From Thermodesulfovibrio sp. (lineage in GTDB: Bacteria > Nitrospirota > Thermodesulfovibrionia > Thermodesulfovibrionales > Thermodesulfovibrionaceae), in NCBI GenBank assembly GCA_025057595.1, contig JANXBK010000006.1, positions 5,137-69,136 on the forward strand: a DNA stretch of 64,000 nt, written 5' to 3'. Positions 9,522-20,438 of this stretch are shown piece by piece; the stretch's first letter is position 1, and each line of letters starts with the position of its first letter. Made by a program: the position numbers and the translations under genes. The notes under the pieces are model-generated. The model had not been told where the DNA came from, made no database searches, and saw nothing but the letters and a program-made list of their open reading frames with translations.

Positions 9522-10076
9522 TTAATCTATCTTATTAATGAACTCATAGGTGGTAGGAAGAGTAAAAAATGCTACAGCAAGAAGTATCCATCCAACAAGA
9601 ATTCCAAGACCTCCTAATCCAAAGACTATTAATGCTACAGCACCCCAAAATAAAAATGTCCCAGCAACTTTAAAAAGGTTAACATTAGTGTAACTATAAA
9701 GTAGATTAAAGGACTGCCTATAGTAGTAACAACTAACTACAGTTAAGATATACATAACTGCTACAGCTAAGAGTATTCCAACCATTGAAGGACTTTCAAA
9801 GCTTCTGTAACCTCCTCGTTCTGAAAGTAAAGGAAGAAATGAAAAAATACCAAAGATAATTGCAATTACAATACCAGCAAGAGAGATTAAAAAGCCTATA
9901 AGAAAATTGCTAAAGATTTTTTTATCATCAAAAATCTGTGAAAACTTATTCAAAGCAATCATAAGAAGTACGACCCCAGCTACTCCGAGTATCCAGCCCA
10001 CGTATGGAATAAAGCTTAATACTATAAATAAAGCTCCTAAACCACCTAAAATTTTTTCATTACCTATCTGTACCAT
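9522..10076 (-). CDS. DUF996-like integral membrane protein
   Basis: Multiple TM helices; KILGGLGA...LFKVAG pattern. Start refined to ATG 10076, which follows a GGAGGA SD. Confidence 0.7.
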   Translation of the reverse strand: MVQIGNEKILGGLGALFIVLSFIPYVGWILGVAGVVLLMIALNKFSQIFDDKKIFSNFLIGFLISLAGIVIAIIFGIFSFLPLLSERGGYRSFESPSMVGILLAVAVMYILTVVSCYYYRQSFNLLYSYTNVNLFKVAGTFLFWGAVALIVFGLGGLGILVGWILLAVAFFTLPTTYEFINKID

Positions 10077-10190
10077 TTCATCCTCCATAAAAATTTTACA
10101 AATTATACAAAAAATTAAAACCTTTGACAACTTTATCTGACTAAACTTATTAATTTGACATAACAAAAAGAAATATATTAGAAAAAAACT

Positions 10191-11126
10191 ATGAAGCGTT
10201 ATTATTATTTTGGAGAATACTTAAAGGAGATTTTTGGTAAAAAAGTCTACAAAGTAAACGTAGATGCAGGATTCACATGTCCAAATAGAGATGGTACACT
10301 TGGAACAACTGGTTGTATCTACTGTAACAATAACTCCTTTAGACCATCAAGCTGCACACCAACAAAACCTCTTAAAGAGCAAATCTTAGATGGAATAGAA
10401 TATCTAAAACAAAGATATAAAGCAAAAGCTTTTCTTGTATATTTTCAGCCTTATACAAATACTTATGCACCCACTGAAAAATTAGAAAAACTTTACAAAG
10501 AAGCACTACAACATCCTGAAGTGGTTGGTTTAGCAATTGGAACTCGTCCTGATTGTGTAGACGAAGAAAAGCTTGAATTACTAAAAAAACTTTCCAAATC
10601 TCATATGATTATAATTGAGTATGGAATGCAGTCTATGTATGATAAATCACTCAAATATATAAAAAGAGGACATGACTACGCCACGTTTCTTAAGGCAGTA
10701 TATGATACTTATGAAAAAGGAATTTTAGTTGGAGCTCACATAATAGTCGGGCTACCAACAGAAACTAAAGAGGAATCCCTTCAAATGGCTTATGAGATAA
10801 ATCGACATCCCATCAAGTTTCTTAAAATTCATCAGCTCCAAGTTATTAAAGACACAGTTCTTGCTCAGATCTATGAAAAAAACCCATTTCCTGTTTTCGA
10901 GTATGAAGAGTATCTTGATTTCCTTGTTGATTTTATCGAAAGACTACATCCAGACATAGTTATACAAAGACTTTTCGCAACTTCTCCGGAGGAGATTTTA
11001 ATAGCACCTAAATGGAAACATTCAAAGCAGGAGATTTTAAATGATATAAATAGAAGATTTGAGGAAAGGAATGCTCGCCAAGGTTCTAAGTGCTCACTTA
11101 GTAGGGATAGAGCCTTATGCTATTGA
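10191..11126 (+). CDS. YhcC/TIGR01212-family radical SAM protein
   Basis: GFTCPNRDG...GCIYC, YFQPYTNTY, IGTRPDC. Confidence 0.9.
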   Translation: MKRYYYFGEYLKEIFGKKVYKVNVDAGFTCPNRDGTLGTTGCIYCNNNSFRPSSCTPTKPLKEQILDGIEYLKQRYKAKAFLVYFQPYTNTYAPTEKLEKLYKEALQHPEVVGLAIGTRPDCVDEEKLELLKKLSKSHMIIIEYGMQSMYDKSLKYIKRGHDYATFLKAVYDTYEKGILVGAHIIVGLPTETKEESLQMAYEINRHPIKFLKIHQLQVIKDTVLAQIYEKNPFPVFEYEEYLDFLVDFIERLHPDIVIQRLFATSPEEILIAPKWKHSKQEILNDINRRFEERNARQGSKCSLSRDRALCY

Positions 11127-12597
11127 TGTTGAAGTAGATATAACTCAAAAAGGACTACCCCATTTCAGTATAGTAGGACTCCCTGATACAGCAGTTAAGG
11201 AATCTCGTGACAGAATAAAAGCAGCACTAAAAAATGTTGGTTTTTCTTTTCCTATAAAACAAATTACAGTAAATCTTGCTCCTGCAGATCTAAAAAAGGA
11301 AGGCTCCTCATTTGATCTTCCTATTGCAATTGGTATTCTTTCTGCAGAGGGATATATTCCAAAAGATAAGCTAAAAGAATTTTTAATTGTAGGTGAACTT
11401 TCTCTTGAAGGCAAAATACGAGCTGTCAGAGGTATTTTATGTATAGCCTCAAAACTGAAAGACTTCGGCTTAAGGAGATTAATTATTCCTCAAGAAAATG
11501 CCTATGAAGCAGCGGTTATACCGAATATAGAAGTCTATTCTGTAAGCGAACTCTCTGAAGTTGTAAAGTTTTTAAGGGATGAAAAGGTTATTAAACCTTT
11601 TAAAACGTCCTTTAATTTCTATGATGAGTCTAATTTTTATGAAGATATTTCTGATGTAAAAGGACAGTTTCAGGCAAAAAGAGCTCTTGAAATTGCTGCT
11701 GCAGGAGGACATAACATACTTTTTATTGGTCCACCTGGAAGTGGTAAAAGTATGCTAGCACGTAGACTTCCAGGAATACTTCCACCTATGACAACTGAAG
11801 AGGCAATTGAAACAACAAAAATATACAGTGTTGCTGGCTTGCTTTCAGACAAAAAAGGATTAATGCTTCAACGTCCTTTTAGAGCTCCTCATCACTCCTC
11901 AAGTGATGTAGCATTGATAGGTGGAGGGCAAATCCCTAAACCAGGAGAAGTCTCTCTCGCTCATAATGGAGTTCTTTTTCTTGATGAGCTTCCAGAATTC
12001 AGAAGGAATGTTTTAGAAGTTTTGAGACAGCCCTTAGAAGATGGCTTTGTAACAGTTGCTCGTAGCTATGCCACAGTTCAATTTCCAGCGAGATTTATAT
12101 TGATAGCAGCTATGAATCCATGCCCTTGTGGTCATCATGGTGATACTCTTAAGCCCTGCACATGCTCTCCTACAATGATTATGCGTTATCGTTCAAAGGT
12201 ATCTAATCCTCTTGTTGACAGAATTGATATTCATCTTGAAGTTCCAAGAGTTAACTACAGCGAACTAAAGGATGAAACAACTTCTGAAAGCTCAGAAGCT
12301 GTCCGAGAAAGAGTAATTTCCGCAAGAAAGATTCAGCTTCAAAGATTCAAAGGTGAAGGAATATTCTTTAATGCTCATATGAAAATAAAACACCTGAAAA
12401 AATTCTGCAAACTAAATGAAGAATCTCATAGACTTCTTCAGAATGCTATGGAAAAGCTTGGCTTAAGTGCAAGAGCTCATTCAAAAATAATTAAAGTTGC
12501 AAGAACAATAGCAGATCTTGAAGGCTCTCAGGAGATCAAATCCTACCATATTGCGGAAGCAATCCAATACAGAAGTTTTGAAAGATTAAATCTATAA
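11071..12597 (+). CDS. comM: YifB/ComM Mg-chelatase-like AAA+ ATPase
   Basis: VNLAPADLKKEGSSFDLPIA, GPPGSGKS, RAPHHS, FLDELPEF, NPCPCG; start refined to ATG 11071. Confidence 0.92.
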   Translation: MLAKVLSAHLVGIEPYAIDVEVDITQKGLPHFSIVGLPDTAVKESRDRIKAALKNVGFSFPIKQITVNLAPADLKKEGSSFDLPIAIGILSAEGYIPKDKLKEFLIVGELSLEGKIRAVRGILCIASKLKDFGLRRLIIPQENAYEAAVIPNIEVYSVSELSEVVKFLRDEKVIKPFKTSFNFYDESNFYEDISDVKGQFQAKRALEIAAAGGHNILFIGPPGSGKSMLARRLPGILPPMTTEEAIETTKIYSVAGLLSDKKGLMLQRPFRAPHHSSSDVALIGGGQIPKPGEVSLAHNGVLFLDELPEFRRNVLEVLRQPLEDGFVTVARSYATVQFPARFILIAAMNPCPCGHHGDTLKPCTCSPTMIMRYRSKVSNPLVDRIDIHLEVPRVNYSELKDETTSESSEAVRERVISARKIQLQRFKGEGIFFNAHMKIKHLKKFCKLNEESHRLLQNAMEKLGLSARAHSKIIKVARTIADLEGSQEIKSYHIAEAIQYRSFERLNL

Positions 12598-12683
12598 ATA
12601 CTCAACATTGTCCTTTTCATTGCTTGATTTTATCCTTGGCAGTTGTTTATCTTTTTAAATAATCTTTTGAACTGGAGGAAAAG

Positions 12684-13484
12684 ATGGTAAGATTAGTTAT
12701 TTTTTTATTAATAATAACTCTTCCTTCTTTAGTCTATGGATCAACAGAAATAATGTGGTATGGACATGCTAGTTTTAAGATTAAAACTCCTCACGGAAAA
12801 GTATTACTAATTGATCCTTGGATAGTCAATCCTGTCAATAAAGATGGTAAAAAACATTTAGAAGAACTTAATAGAGTTGATCTTATTTTGCTAACTCATG
12901 CTCATGGAGATCATATTGGTAATGCTGTTGAAATAGCTAAAAAAACCGGTGCTAAATTAGTTGCTACATTTGATCTTGGAAAGGCAATGGTTTTACATGG
13001 CGGATTTCCAGAAACACAGTTTGGATATGATACAACTGGAAATTTCGGTGGTGAAATAACTTTACTTGATGGAGAAATTAAAGTATTATTTGTCCCAGCA
13101 GCTCATAGTTCGGGGTTAGAGATACCAGGCACTCCAAAGTCTTTGATTTATGCTGGAAATCCTGGAGGTTTTCTTATTTCAATAAAAAATGGGCCTGTAA
13201 TATATCATACAGGTGATACAGATTTGTTTGAAGAGATGAAAATCTTGAGCATGCTACATAAAGTAGATATTATGATGGTATGTATTGGTGATAAATTTAC
13301 AATGGGACCTAAAAGAGCAGCTATAGCAACAAAATGGATAAATCCTCGCATTGTAATTCCTATGCACTTCGGAACTTTTCCAATTCTTACTGGAACAGCA
13401 GAGGATTTCGAAAGAGAACTTAAAGCTCAAGGTGTTAAAAGTAAACTCATAAAGATGAATATTGGAGAAGTTTATAAATTTTGA
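12684..13484 (+). CDS. Metallo-beta-lactamase-fold hydrolase (UPF0173-like) with N-terminal signal peptide
   Basis: [32 protein letters not shown]; hydrophobic N-terminus. Confidence 0.85.
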   Translation: MVRLVIFLLIITLPSLVYGSTEIMWYGHASFKIKTPHGKVLLIDPWIVNPVNKDGKKHLEELNRVDLILLTHAHGDHIGNAVEIAKKTGAKLVATFDLGKAMVLHGGFPETQFGYDTTGNFGGEITLLDGEIKVLFVPAAHSSGLEIPGTPKSLIYAGNPGGFLISIKNGPVIYHTGDTDLFEEMKILSMLHKVDIMMVCIGDKFTMGPKRAAIATKWINPRIVIPMHFGTFPILTGTAEDFERELKAQGVKSKLIKMNIGEVYKF

Positions 13485-14002
13485 AGGATTAATCTATAAA
13501 CATAGCTATGTATTGTAATTCTATTTTCTAAATTAACCTCTATTAAATTTCCAATCTTCAGTCTTCTAATGGAGGCAACAACAGGATGAACATCTTTTAT
13601 GGGAATTGTAGCAATGATATTGTAGTCAATGTTGAAAACGATTTTTCTTACTAAATTAACAAATTTATCTGAAAAAAGTTCCATTTTGCCTATCTCATCT
13701 ATCACTACTATTCGATTCTTCTGATTAATAGCCTTTTCAAGAAAGGGAATAACTGTCTGCTCAAATCCTTCAATATTTACTCCATATAAACCAACTTTAT
13801 ATGGAGAATTTAATTTTTTACTTGCAAAAATTAAAACTCTACCATCTGTTGTTATAATCTTGAAACCCTCTCTACTGTTAGTTTTTAAATCTCTAAACTC
13901 CTCTGTCCAAAATCCAACAGCTTTATCTTTTAGTAGTTCAACAACTTTTTTTATAACTGTTGTTTTACCAATACCTGGTCTACCTGTAAGAAATATTTTC
14001 AT
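13472..14002 (-). CDS. NTPase (THEP1/C1orf57 family)
   Basis: [24 protein letters not shown]. Confidence 0.9.
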   Translation of the reverse strand: MKIFLTGRPGIGKTTVIKKVVELLKDKAVGFWTEEFRDLKTNSREGFKIITTDGRVLIFASKKLNSPYKVGLYGVNIEGFEQTVIPFLEKAINQKNRIVVIDEIGKMELFSDKFVNLVRKIVFNIDYNIIATIPIKDVHPVVASIRRLKIGNLIEVNLENRITIHSYVYRLILQNL

Positions 14003-14004
14003 AA

Positions 14005-15168
14005 CTACTCTAAGATCATCAAGGCTATATTTTCTATGTGATAGGTTTGTGGAAACATATCAATTGGCTGAAGCTCTATGAGCCTGTATCCTTTTTCTCT
14101 TAAATATCTTAAATCTCTTGCTAAAGTTGAAGGCTCACAAGAAACATAAATTATTTTCTTTATTTTATTTTTAACTATTCCATCAAGTACTTCTTTCACA
14201 CATCCAACTCTTGGTGGATCTAAAACTATAACCTCAGCTTCAAACTTGTTTTGCAAAACTTTTTCTGTTTTATCACAGATGTATTTTATATTTTTGAAAT
14301 CTCTTGTATTGATTTCTGCATCTTCACAGGCAGAGTGAGACTCTTCAATTGCTATAACTTTTTCAACTCTTTCTGCTAAAAAAACCGTAAATGTCCCTAC
14401 CCCTGCATAAGCATCAATGACTGTTTTGTCTTCTTTGTTAATATAACTAAGCACTTTTCTTACTAAGTTTTCCGCCTGATATGTGTTAACCTGAAAGAAA
14501 GAAGAATCAGATATAACAAATTCTCTATTTAAAAGCTTTTCAGTATAAAATCTCTGTCCAGTAACTACCTCTGAAGTCTCCATCTCTGGTTGAATAAGCC
14601 ACTTTCCTGTATTAACTCCATATCTTATCGTTACATTATGTGTCTTTCTTTTCGGATTTTTACCCTGCAACATCATAAGAAATCTATTTATTTGCTCATG
14701 CATTATAAAACAGTAATCAATAAAAACAAATTTATGGGACTGTCTTGCTTTGAAACCAAGTTGTCTCTGTCTATTCATAGAAAAATCAGCTCTATTACGA
14801 TAATGATATGGATTCTCAGCTTTTATCGTAAGATTAGTAAACTTTTCAGGATGCTCAAATCCCCCTACTCTTTTTAGCTGCTCCATAACTACTATCTCTT
14901 TCAGTTTTGTCTGATATGTATATGCAACATGTTGGAAGCTACATCCGCCACAGACTCCAAAATATTTACAACGAGGATCTTCTCTAAAAATAGAGGCCTC
15001 CAAAATTTCTACTATCTCTGCTCTTAAATAATCTCCCTCATCTTTTAGCACTTTTACCCTTACTGTCTCACCAGGAATACCAAAAGGTACGAAAACTACT
15101 TTTCCATTATACCTACCTATCGACTCTCCAAGATGTGCGATACCGGTTAGTGTAAGCTCTATTTGCAT
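14005..15168 (-). CDS. rlmD: 23S rRNA (uracil-5)-methyltransferase RumA/RlmD family
   Basis: TRAM domain, CxxxxxCGGC, SFFQVN, LDPPR, YVSC, DMFPQT. Confidence 0.88.
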   Translation of the reverse strand: MQIELTLTGIAHLGESIGRYNGKVVFVPFGIPGETVRVKVLKDEGDYLRAEIVEILEASIFREDPRCKYFGVCGGCSFQHVAYTYQTKLKEIVVMEQLKRVGGFEHPEKFTNLTIKAENPYHYRNRADFSMNRQRQLGFKARQSHKFVFIDYCFIMHEQINRFLMMLQGKNPKRKTHNVTIRYGVNTGKWLIQPEMETSEVVTGQRFYTEKLLNREFVISDSSFFQVNTYQAENLVRKVLSYINKEDKTVIDAYAGVGTFTVFLAERVEKVIAIEESHSACEDAEINTRDFKNIKYICDKTEKVLQNKFEAEVIVLDPPRVGCVKEVLDGIVKNKIKKIIYVSCEPSTLARDLRYLREKGYRLIELQPIDMFPQTYHIENIALMILE

Positions 15169-15876
15169 TCAAATTTCCTTTTCATCATATTTTGTAATTA
15201 TTACTTCATATCCCTCTTGTGCCATTGTTTTAGCTAAATCAAATGCCTCTTCATATCTTGTAAACTTTCCAACTCTTACCCTGTAATACCTGTCACCCTT
15301 TAAACTTACTCTACTTATATAAACATTTTGGTATTTCCAACTCAGCGCTTGCTTCAACCTGTAAGCATTCTCATATTCTTTAAAAGAGCCTACTTGAATT
15401 GTTAGAACTCCAGCAATTGGCGAGTATTTCACATATCTTACATAAGAGTAGTCTCTCCCAACTGGTTGCATTAAAACCTCAGCTGTACCTGTTTTTAATA
15501 TATCAATCTTTCTTGCTGCCATATAAGATAAATCTAAATCTTTTCCAGGGACAAATGGACCTCTATCATTTACTGTACAGATAACTTCTTTTTTATTTTT
15601 TAAATTGATTACTTTAAGTTTTGTTCCGAAAGGATACTCTTTGTGGGCACATGTATACTCATACATATTAAAGATCTCTCCTGATGCGGTTGGTTTACCA
15701 TGAAAATCTGAACCATACCATGAGGCTATGCCTCTTTGGGCTTTTTCAGGAGTTGATTCAATCTGAAAAGCCTTTTTTGACACACATGAAAAAATAAAGA
15801 TTATTAAAAAAATAGATACGAAATCCCGCAAATTAAAGAATATATCTACTAAGATCTTCACTTTTAAGTATTTCAC
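15169..15876 (-). CDS. rlpA: Septal ring lytic transglycosylase RlpA lipoprotein with SPOR domain (start uncertain)
   Basis: Lipobox FSC, ASWYG, TASGE, NDRGPF, C-terminal QVGSF...YRVRVG. Confidence 0.9.
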   Translation of the reverse strand: MKYLKVKILVDIFFNLRDFVSIFLIIFIFSCVSKKAFQIESTPEKAQRGIASWYGSDFHGKPTASGEIFNMYEYTCAHKEYPFGTKLKVINLKNKKEVICTVNDRGPFVPGKDLDLSYMAARKIDILKTGTAEVLMQPVGRDYSYVRYVKYSPIAGVLTIQVGSFKEYENAYRLKQALSWKYQNVYISRVSLKGDRYYRVRVGKFTRYEEAFDLAKTMAQEGYEVIITKYDEKEI

Positions 15877-17173
15877 TAAGTTTTTCTCTTACTGTCGTAG
15901 CATCAATTACTATTTTTTGCCCTCTAAGCTCAGGAGCATTAAAAGATATATCTTCAAGTAGTTTTTCCATTACTGTGTGAAGTCTTCTTGCACCAATATT
16001 TTCTGTTCTCTCATTTACCTCCTCTGCAATCTCTGCAATTTCCTCTATAGCATCTTGAGTAAACTCAAGTTCAACTCCCTCTGTTGAAAGAAGTGCTTTA
16101 TACTGCTTTATAAGAGCATTGTCAGGCTCTGTAAGAATCCTTATAAACTCCCTTTTACCTAAGGGATTTAGCTCAACTCTTATTGGGAATCTCCCTTGTA
16201 GCTCAGGAATTAGATCTGATGGCTTTGCTATATGAAAGGCTCCTGCAGCAATAAAAAGAATATGATCAGTTCTTACCGTACCATACTTAGTGGTAACTGT
16301 TGAACCTTCAACAATTGGAAGAAGATCTCTTTGTACACCCTCTCTTGAAACATCTGGACCGTAACTGCTTCCACGGGATGCTATTTTGTCTATTTCATCT
16401 ATAAAAACTATTCCTGTTTGCTCTGTTCTTTCTATCGCCTCTTTAGTTATCTTATCCATGTCAATAAGTTTGTTTGCCTCCTCTTGAGTAAAAATCTGTA
16501 ATGCCTCAGGAATTTTTACTTTTTTTCTTTTTACTTTTTCTGGTAAAAAACTTCCAAGCATCTCCTTAAGACTTATCTCAATCTCTTCAAGAGCAACATT
16601 TGAAATTATTCCAAAAGGTACAATTTTTTCTTTAATATCAACCTCTATATATCTTTCATCAAGAGCTCCTTCTTTAAGCTGTTTTCTTAATTTCTCTCTT
16701 GTCTCTTTATATCTTAATCTTTCTTCTGATATAGTCTCATCAGCTCTTATTGGCTTTGGCTGAGGCAATAAAATATCAAGAACTCTTTCTTCTGCCATCT
16801 CCTTTGCCTTTTCTTGAACCTTTGCCATATGCTCTTGTTTAACCATATTCATTGCAACTTCTGTTAGATCCCTAATTATTGACTCTACATCTCTTCCTAC
16901 ATAACCTACCTCTGTAAACTTAGATGCTTCAACTTTTACAAAAGGAGCATTAACTAGCTTAGCAAGTCTTCTTGCAATCTCTGTTTTACCAACTCCGGTA
17001 GGTCCTATCATCAGAATATTTTTTGGAAGAACCTCATCTTTTAACTCTTTTGGAAGTAATTGTCTTCTAATTCTGTTTCTTAAAGCTATTGCAACAGCTC
17101 TCTTAGCTTGATCTTGTCCAATTATATATTTATTAAGTTCCTCAACGATCTTTTTTGGTGTAAAATCTTCCAT
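15833..17173 (-). CDS. hslU: ATP-dependent protease ATPase subunit
   Basis: [28 protein letters not shown]-terminus. Confidence 0.98.
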   Translation of the reverse strand: MEDFTPKKIVEELNKYIIGQDQAKRAVAIALRNRIRRQLLPKELKDEVLPKNILMIGPTGVGKTEIARRLAKLVNAPFVKVEASKFTEVGYVGRDVESIIRDLTEVAMNMVKQEHMAKVQEKAKEMAEERVLDILLPQPKPIRADETISEERLRYKETREKLRKQLKEGALDERYIEVDIKEKIVPFGIISNVALEEIEISLKEMLGSFLPEKVKRKKVKIPEALQIFTQEEANKLIDMDKITKEAIERTEQTGIVFIDEIDKIASRGSSYGPDVSREGVQRDLLPIVEGSTVTTKYGTVRTDHILFIAAGAFHIAKPSDLIPELQGRFPIRVELNPLGKREFIRILTEPDNALIKQYKALLSTEGVELEFTQDAIEEIAEIAEEVNERTENIGARRLHTVMEKLLEDISFNAPELRGQKIVIDATTVREKLSEILKSEDLSRYIL

Positions 17174-17703
17174 TACTGTAGCTCCTCCAGCATTATTATT
17201 TCATTAGTATAAACACATATTTTAGAAGCTATCTGCATTGCTTTAATAGCTATCTCTTTAGCTGAAAGATTAGTATTTTCATATAAGGCTTTCGCAGCAG
17301 CATAGGCATAAGGTCCTCCTGAGCCTATCGCTGCAATAGGGTCTTCAGGCTCTATAACATCCCCATTTCCCGAAACTATAAGAATATGCTCTCTGTCTGC
17401 GACCATCAGAAGTGCCTCAAGTCGTCTTAAAATTTTGTCAGTTCTCCAGTCCTTTGCAAGCTCAACAGCTGCTCTTATAAGGTTTCCTTTATATGTCTCA
17501 AGCTTTCCCTCAAATCTTTCAAATAAAGTAAAAGCATCTGCTGTGGAACCTGCGAAACCTGTGAGGACTTGATTATTATAGATTTTACGAATCTTTTTTG
17601 CATTATGTTTTAGCACAGTATTTCCCATTGTAACTTGTCCATCCGATACCATTACAGTAACTCCATCTCTCTTAACACATAAAACTGTTGTGCCATAAAA
17701 CAT
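17173..17703 (-). CDS. hslV: ATP-dependent protease peptidase subunit
   Basis: GTT N-terminal Thr, [17 protein letters not shown]. Confidence 0.98.
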   Translation of the reverse strand: MFYGTTVLCVKRDGVTVMVSDGQVTMGNTVLKHNAKKIRKIYNNQVLTGFAGSTADAFTLFERFEGKLETYKGNLIRAAVELAKDWRTDKILRRLEALLMVADREHILIVSGNGDVIEPEDPIAAIGSGGPYAYAAAKALYENTNLSAKEIAIKAMQIASKICVYTNEIIMLEELQ

Positions 17704-18609
17704 CTATTTTCCCTCCTTGCTAAGTGGGTGAGCCTTATCATAAACTTCAATTAGATGTTTAAGATCAACATGCGTATATATTTGTGTTGTAGACAAACTG
17801 CTATGACCTAAAAGCTCTTGTATTACTCTTAGGTCTGCTCCTTCCATTAAAAGATGAGTTGCGAAGGTGTGTCTCAGTGTATGAGGGCTGATTTTCTCTA
17901 AAAGACCTATTGCTTTTGCATATTTGTCAACTATTTTTCTTATCTGCCTTGTAGAAAGCCTTTTACCTGCTGAATTAATAAAGAGAGCTGACTCTTCTCT
18001 CTTAAACTCTCCTTTAATTCTTGAAATATTCCTTAAGGTAATATATCTTTTTAAAGCTTCCTTTGCTTTCTGCCCTACAGGAACTATTCTTTCTTTATTA
18101 CCTTTTCCTTTAACTTTTATAAAAGACTCCTTTAGGTCTAAATCTTCAATATTTAGTCCACACAGCTCGCTGACTCGGAGACCACTTCCATATAAGAGTT
18201 CAAGTATAGCTCTATCTCTGGTATTGATAAACTTGTCATCTTTTGGAGCCTCAACAAGCCTAAAAACATCATCAACTGTGAGAAACTTTGGAAGAGCTCT
18301 TTTTATCTTTACTGAAGTAACTACTCTTGCTGGATTAACTTTAATTAATCCTTCTTGATAAAGATATGAAAAAAAGGATCTTAATGTAGAAAGCTTTCTT
18401 GCTACTGTTGATTTTGATTTTCCTTTAAGAATTTGTTGTGATATAAATCCTCTAATTATAACAGGTTCTATTTGATAGAGATCCGCACCTGAAAAGCGAA
18501 AAAACTCCTCTAAATCTCTTTTATAAGCTCTCAAGGTATTATGAGAATCTCCCCTCTGAATTTTGATATAATTAAGAAAGCTATCTATGTAGTGCTTAAT
18601 TTTATCCAC
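17704..18609 (-). CDS. xerC: Tyrosine recombinase XerC
   Basis: GLRVSEL, KGKGNKER, SPHTLRHTFATH, LGH...TQIYT; xerC-hslVU synteny; probable GTG start at 18609. Confidence 0.9.
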   Translation of the reverse strand: MDKIKHYIDSFLNYIKIQRGDSHNTLRAYKRDLEEFFRFSGADLYQIEPVIIRGFISQQILKGKSKSTVARKLSTLRSFFSYLYQEGLIKVNPARVVTSVKIKRALPKFLTVDDVFRLVEAPKDDKFINTRDRAILELLYGSGLRVSELCGLNIEDLDLKESFIKVKGKGNKERIVPVGQKAKEALKRYITLRNISRIKGEFKREESALFINSAGKRLSTRQIRKIVDKYAKAIGLLEKISPHTLRHTFATHLLMEGADLRVIQELLGHSSLSTTQIYTHVDLKHLIEVYDKAHPLSKEGK

Positions 18610-18616
18610 AAAAAAT

Positions 18617-18646
18617 ATTGTAAATTTCAATATCAAATTAAATCAA
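18617..18646 (-). promoter_or_regulatory. Putative promoter for leaderless xerC-hslVU transcript
   Basis: TTGATT-18 bp-TACAAT, 7 nt upstream of GTG at 18609; no SD. Confidence 0.5.
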
Positions 18647-18733
18647 TAGCTTTTGTCTTGACATAAAGTTACTTATTAGTTTATAAAATTTTGTTTAATC
18701 ATTTTTTTACCACTTTGAGATTAGGAGTTTATA

Positions 18734-19831
18734 ATGGGAAAAATAAGAATCGCAATCGTTGGAGTAGGAAACTGTGCAAGTGCGCTTATTCAAGGAATTG
18801 AATACTATAAAAAACCAAAAAACACGGAATCTGTGCCTGGACTAATGCATTTTGATCTTGGAGGTTATCTTCCAGGAGATATAGAAGTAGTTGCAGCTTT
18901 TGACATAGACAAAAGAAAAGTCAATAGATCACTTAAAGAAGCAGTATTTGCAAAGCCTAACTGTACGAAAATATTCTGTCCAGATCTTCCAGATTTTCCT
19001 GTAAAAGTCTTAATGGGGCCTATATTTGATGGAGTGGCAGAGCATATGAAAAACTATCCTGATGATAAAAGATTTATTCCTGCTGATGAAAATCCTGTAG
19101 ATGTAGTAAAAGTTCTAAAAGATTCTGGAGCTGAAATTATGATAAACTATCTTCCTGTAGGAGCAGAAGAAGCCACAAAATTTTATACTGAAGCAGCACT
19201 TGAAGCAGGAGTTGCTTTCATAAATTGTATTCCTGTATTCATTGCATCTAATGACTATTGGATTAAAAAATTTGAAGAAAAAAATATACCTTTAGTTGGA
19301 GATGATATAAAAAGTCAAATCGGAGCTACGATCGTTCATAGAATTCTTACAAAGCTTTGCATGGATAGAGGAGTAAGAATAACTAATACTTATCAATTAA
19401 ATGTAGGAGGAAATACAGATTTCTTAAACATGTTAAACAGAAATAGACTAACTTCAAAGAAGATTTCAAAAACAGAGGCAGTAACTTCACAAATTAATCA
19501 TGAAATAGCTACTGAAAATATTCATATTGGACCATCTGACTATATTCCATGGCTTAATGACAATAAAATATGTTTTTTAAGAATCGATGGAGAAATATTC
19601 GGTAATGTTCCAATTACTCTTGAGCTAAAACTGAGTGTAGAGGATTCTCCAAATAGTGCAGGAGTTGTAATAGATGCCATAAGATGCTGCAAAATAGCTC
19701 TTGACAGAAAAGTGGGAGGAGTCCTAATCTCTGCTTCAGCATACTTTATGAAACATCCAAAATTTCAGTTCTCGGATGAGGAAGCAAAAAAAATGGTGGA
19801 GGAGTTTATAGAAGGCAAGAGGGAAAGATAA
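18734..19831 (+). CDS. ino1: myo-Inositol-1-phosphate synthase
   Basis: GVGNCAS, GDDIKSQIGAT, NVGGNTDF, DSPNSAG. Confidence 0.96.
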   Translation: MGKIRIAIVGVGNCASALIQGIEYYKKPKNTESVPGLMHFDLGGYLPGDIEVVAAFDIDKRKVNRSLKEAVFAKPNCTKIFCPDLPDFPVKVLMGPIFDGVAEHMKNYPDDKRFIPADENPVDVVKVLKDSGAEIMINYLPVGAEEATKFYTEAALEAGVAFINCIPVFIASNDYWIKKFEEKNIPLVGDDIKSQIGATIVHRILTKLCMDRGVRITNTYQLNVGGNTDFLNMLNRNRLTSKKISKTEAVTSQINHEIATENIHIGPSDYIPWLNDNKICFLRIDGEIFGNVPITLELKLSVEDSPNSAGVVIDAIRCCKIALDRKVGGVLISASAYFMKHPKFQFSDEEAKKMVEEFIEGKRER

Positions 19832-19832
19832 C

Positions 19833-20393
19833 TTGCTTAGTGAGAAATTTAGTCATTTTTTGGATAAACCTCTTACTCCATTAGCAAGAGTCTTATCAAT
19901 AAATCCGAACATATTAACTTTTATTGGAATGATAATTACTTCCACAGGAGGAATTATTATTCCTCATAATTTATTCGTCGGAGGATTAGTTATTCTTTTA
20001 GGAGGTTTTTTTGATCTACTTGATGGTGTGGTAGCAAGAGTAAATGGTAGAGTAACAAAATTTGGAGCTTTGCTAGATTCAACATTAGATAGAATAGCAG
20101 ACGGTTTTATCTTTTTGGGAATAGTATACTACTACTTTAAAAAAAACGACTCAGACGGCATAATAATCTCTCTTCTTTGTATGATCGCATCTTTTCTAAT
20201 TTCCTATATAAGAGCAAGAGCAGAAGGTGTGGGACTACAATGCAAAGTGGGTATTATTGAAAGACCTGAAAGGTTGATATTTATTTCCTTTGGATGCATT
20301 ACATCTTTACTTTATCCTGTCTTAATTATTCTTAGTGTGTTAAGTTGGATTACTGTACTGCAGAGAATATTTTATGTGAAAAAACAACAATAG
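19833..20393 (+). CDS. CDP-alcohol phosphatidyltransferase, phosphatidylinositol-phosphate synthase-like
   Basis: DLLDGVVAR...GALLDSTLD family motif; SYIRARAEG...IERPERL; coupled to ino1. Confidence 0.85.
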   Translation: MLSEKFSHFLDKPLTPLARVLSINPNILTFIGMIITSTGGIIIPHNLFVGGLVILLGGFFDLLDGVVARVNGRVTKFGALLDSTLDRIADGFIFLGIVYYYFKKNDSDGIIISLLCMIASFLISYIRARAEGVGLQCKVGIIERPERLIFISFGCITSLLYPVLIILSVLSWITVLQRIFYVKKQQ

Positions 20394-20394
20394 T

Positions 20395-20424
20395 TTGCAT
20401 TCAATACTGTTAAAATGTTATCCT
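20395..20424 (+). promoter_or_regulatory. Internal promoter for DUF948-YtxH-hypAB-tadA
   Basis: TTGCAT-18 bp-TATCCT with extended TG, followed by an AAGGAGG SD. Confidence 0.5.
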
Positions 20425-20438
20425 TTAAGGAGGGTAAA

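Noticed and set aside
10124-10160. Two TTGACA hexamers 31 bp apart as an operator repeat
   Set aside because: Better explained as -35 elements of divergent promoters; one overlaps the minus-strand TTGTCA of the DUF996 promoter
17704-18609. Tyrosine recombinase as a mobile-element integrase
   Set aside because: The xerC-hslV-hslU context and motifs indicate the housekeeping XerC
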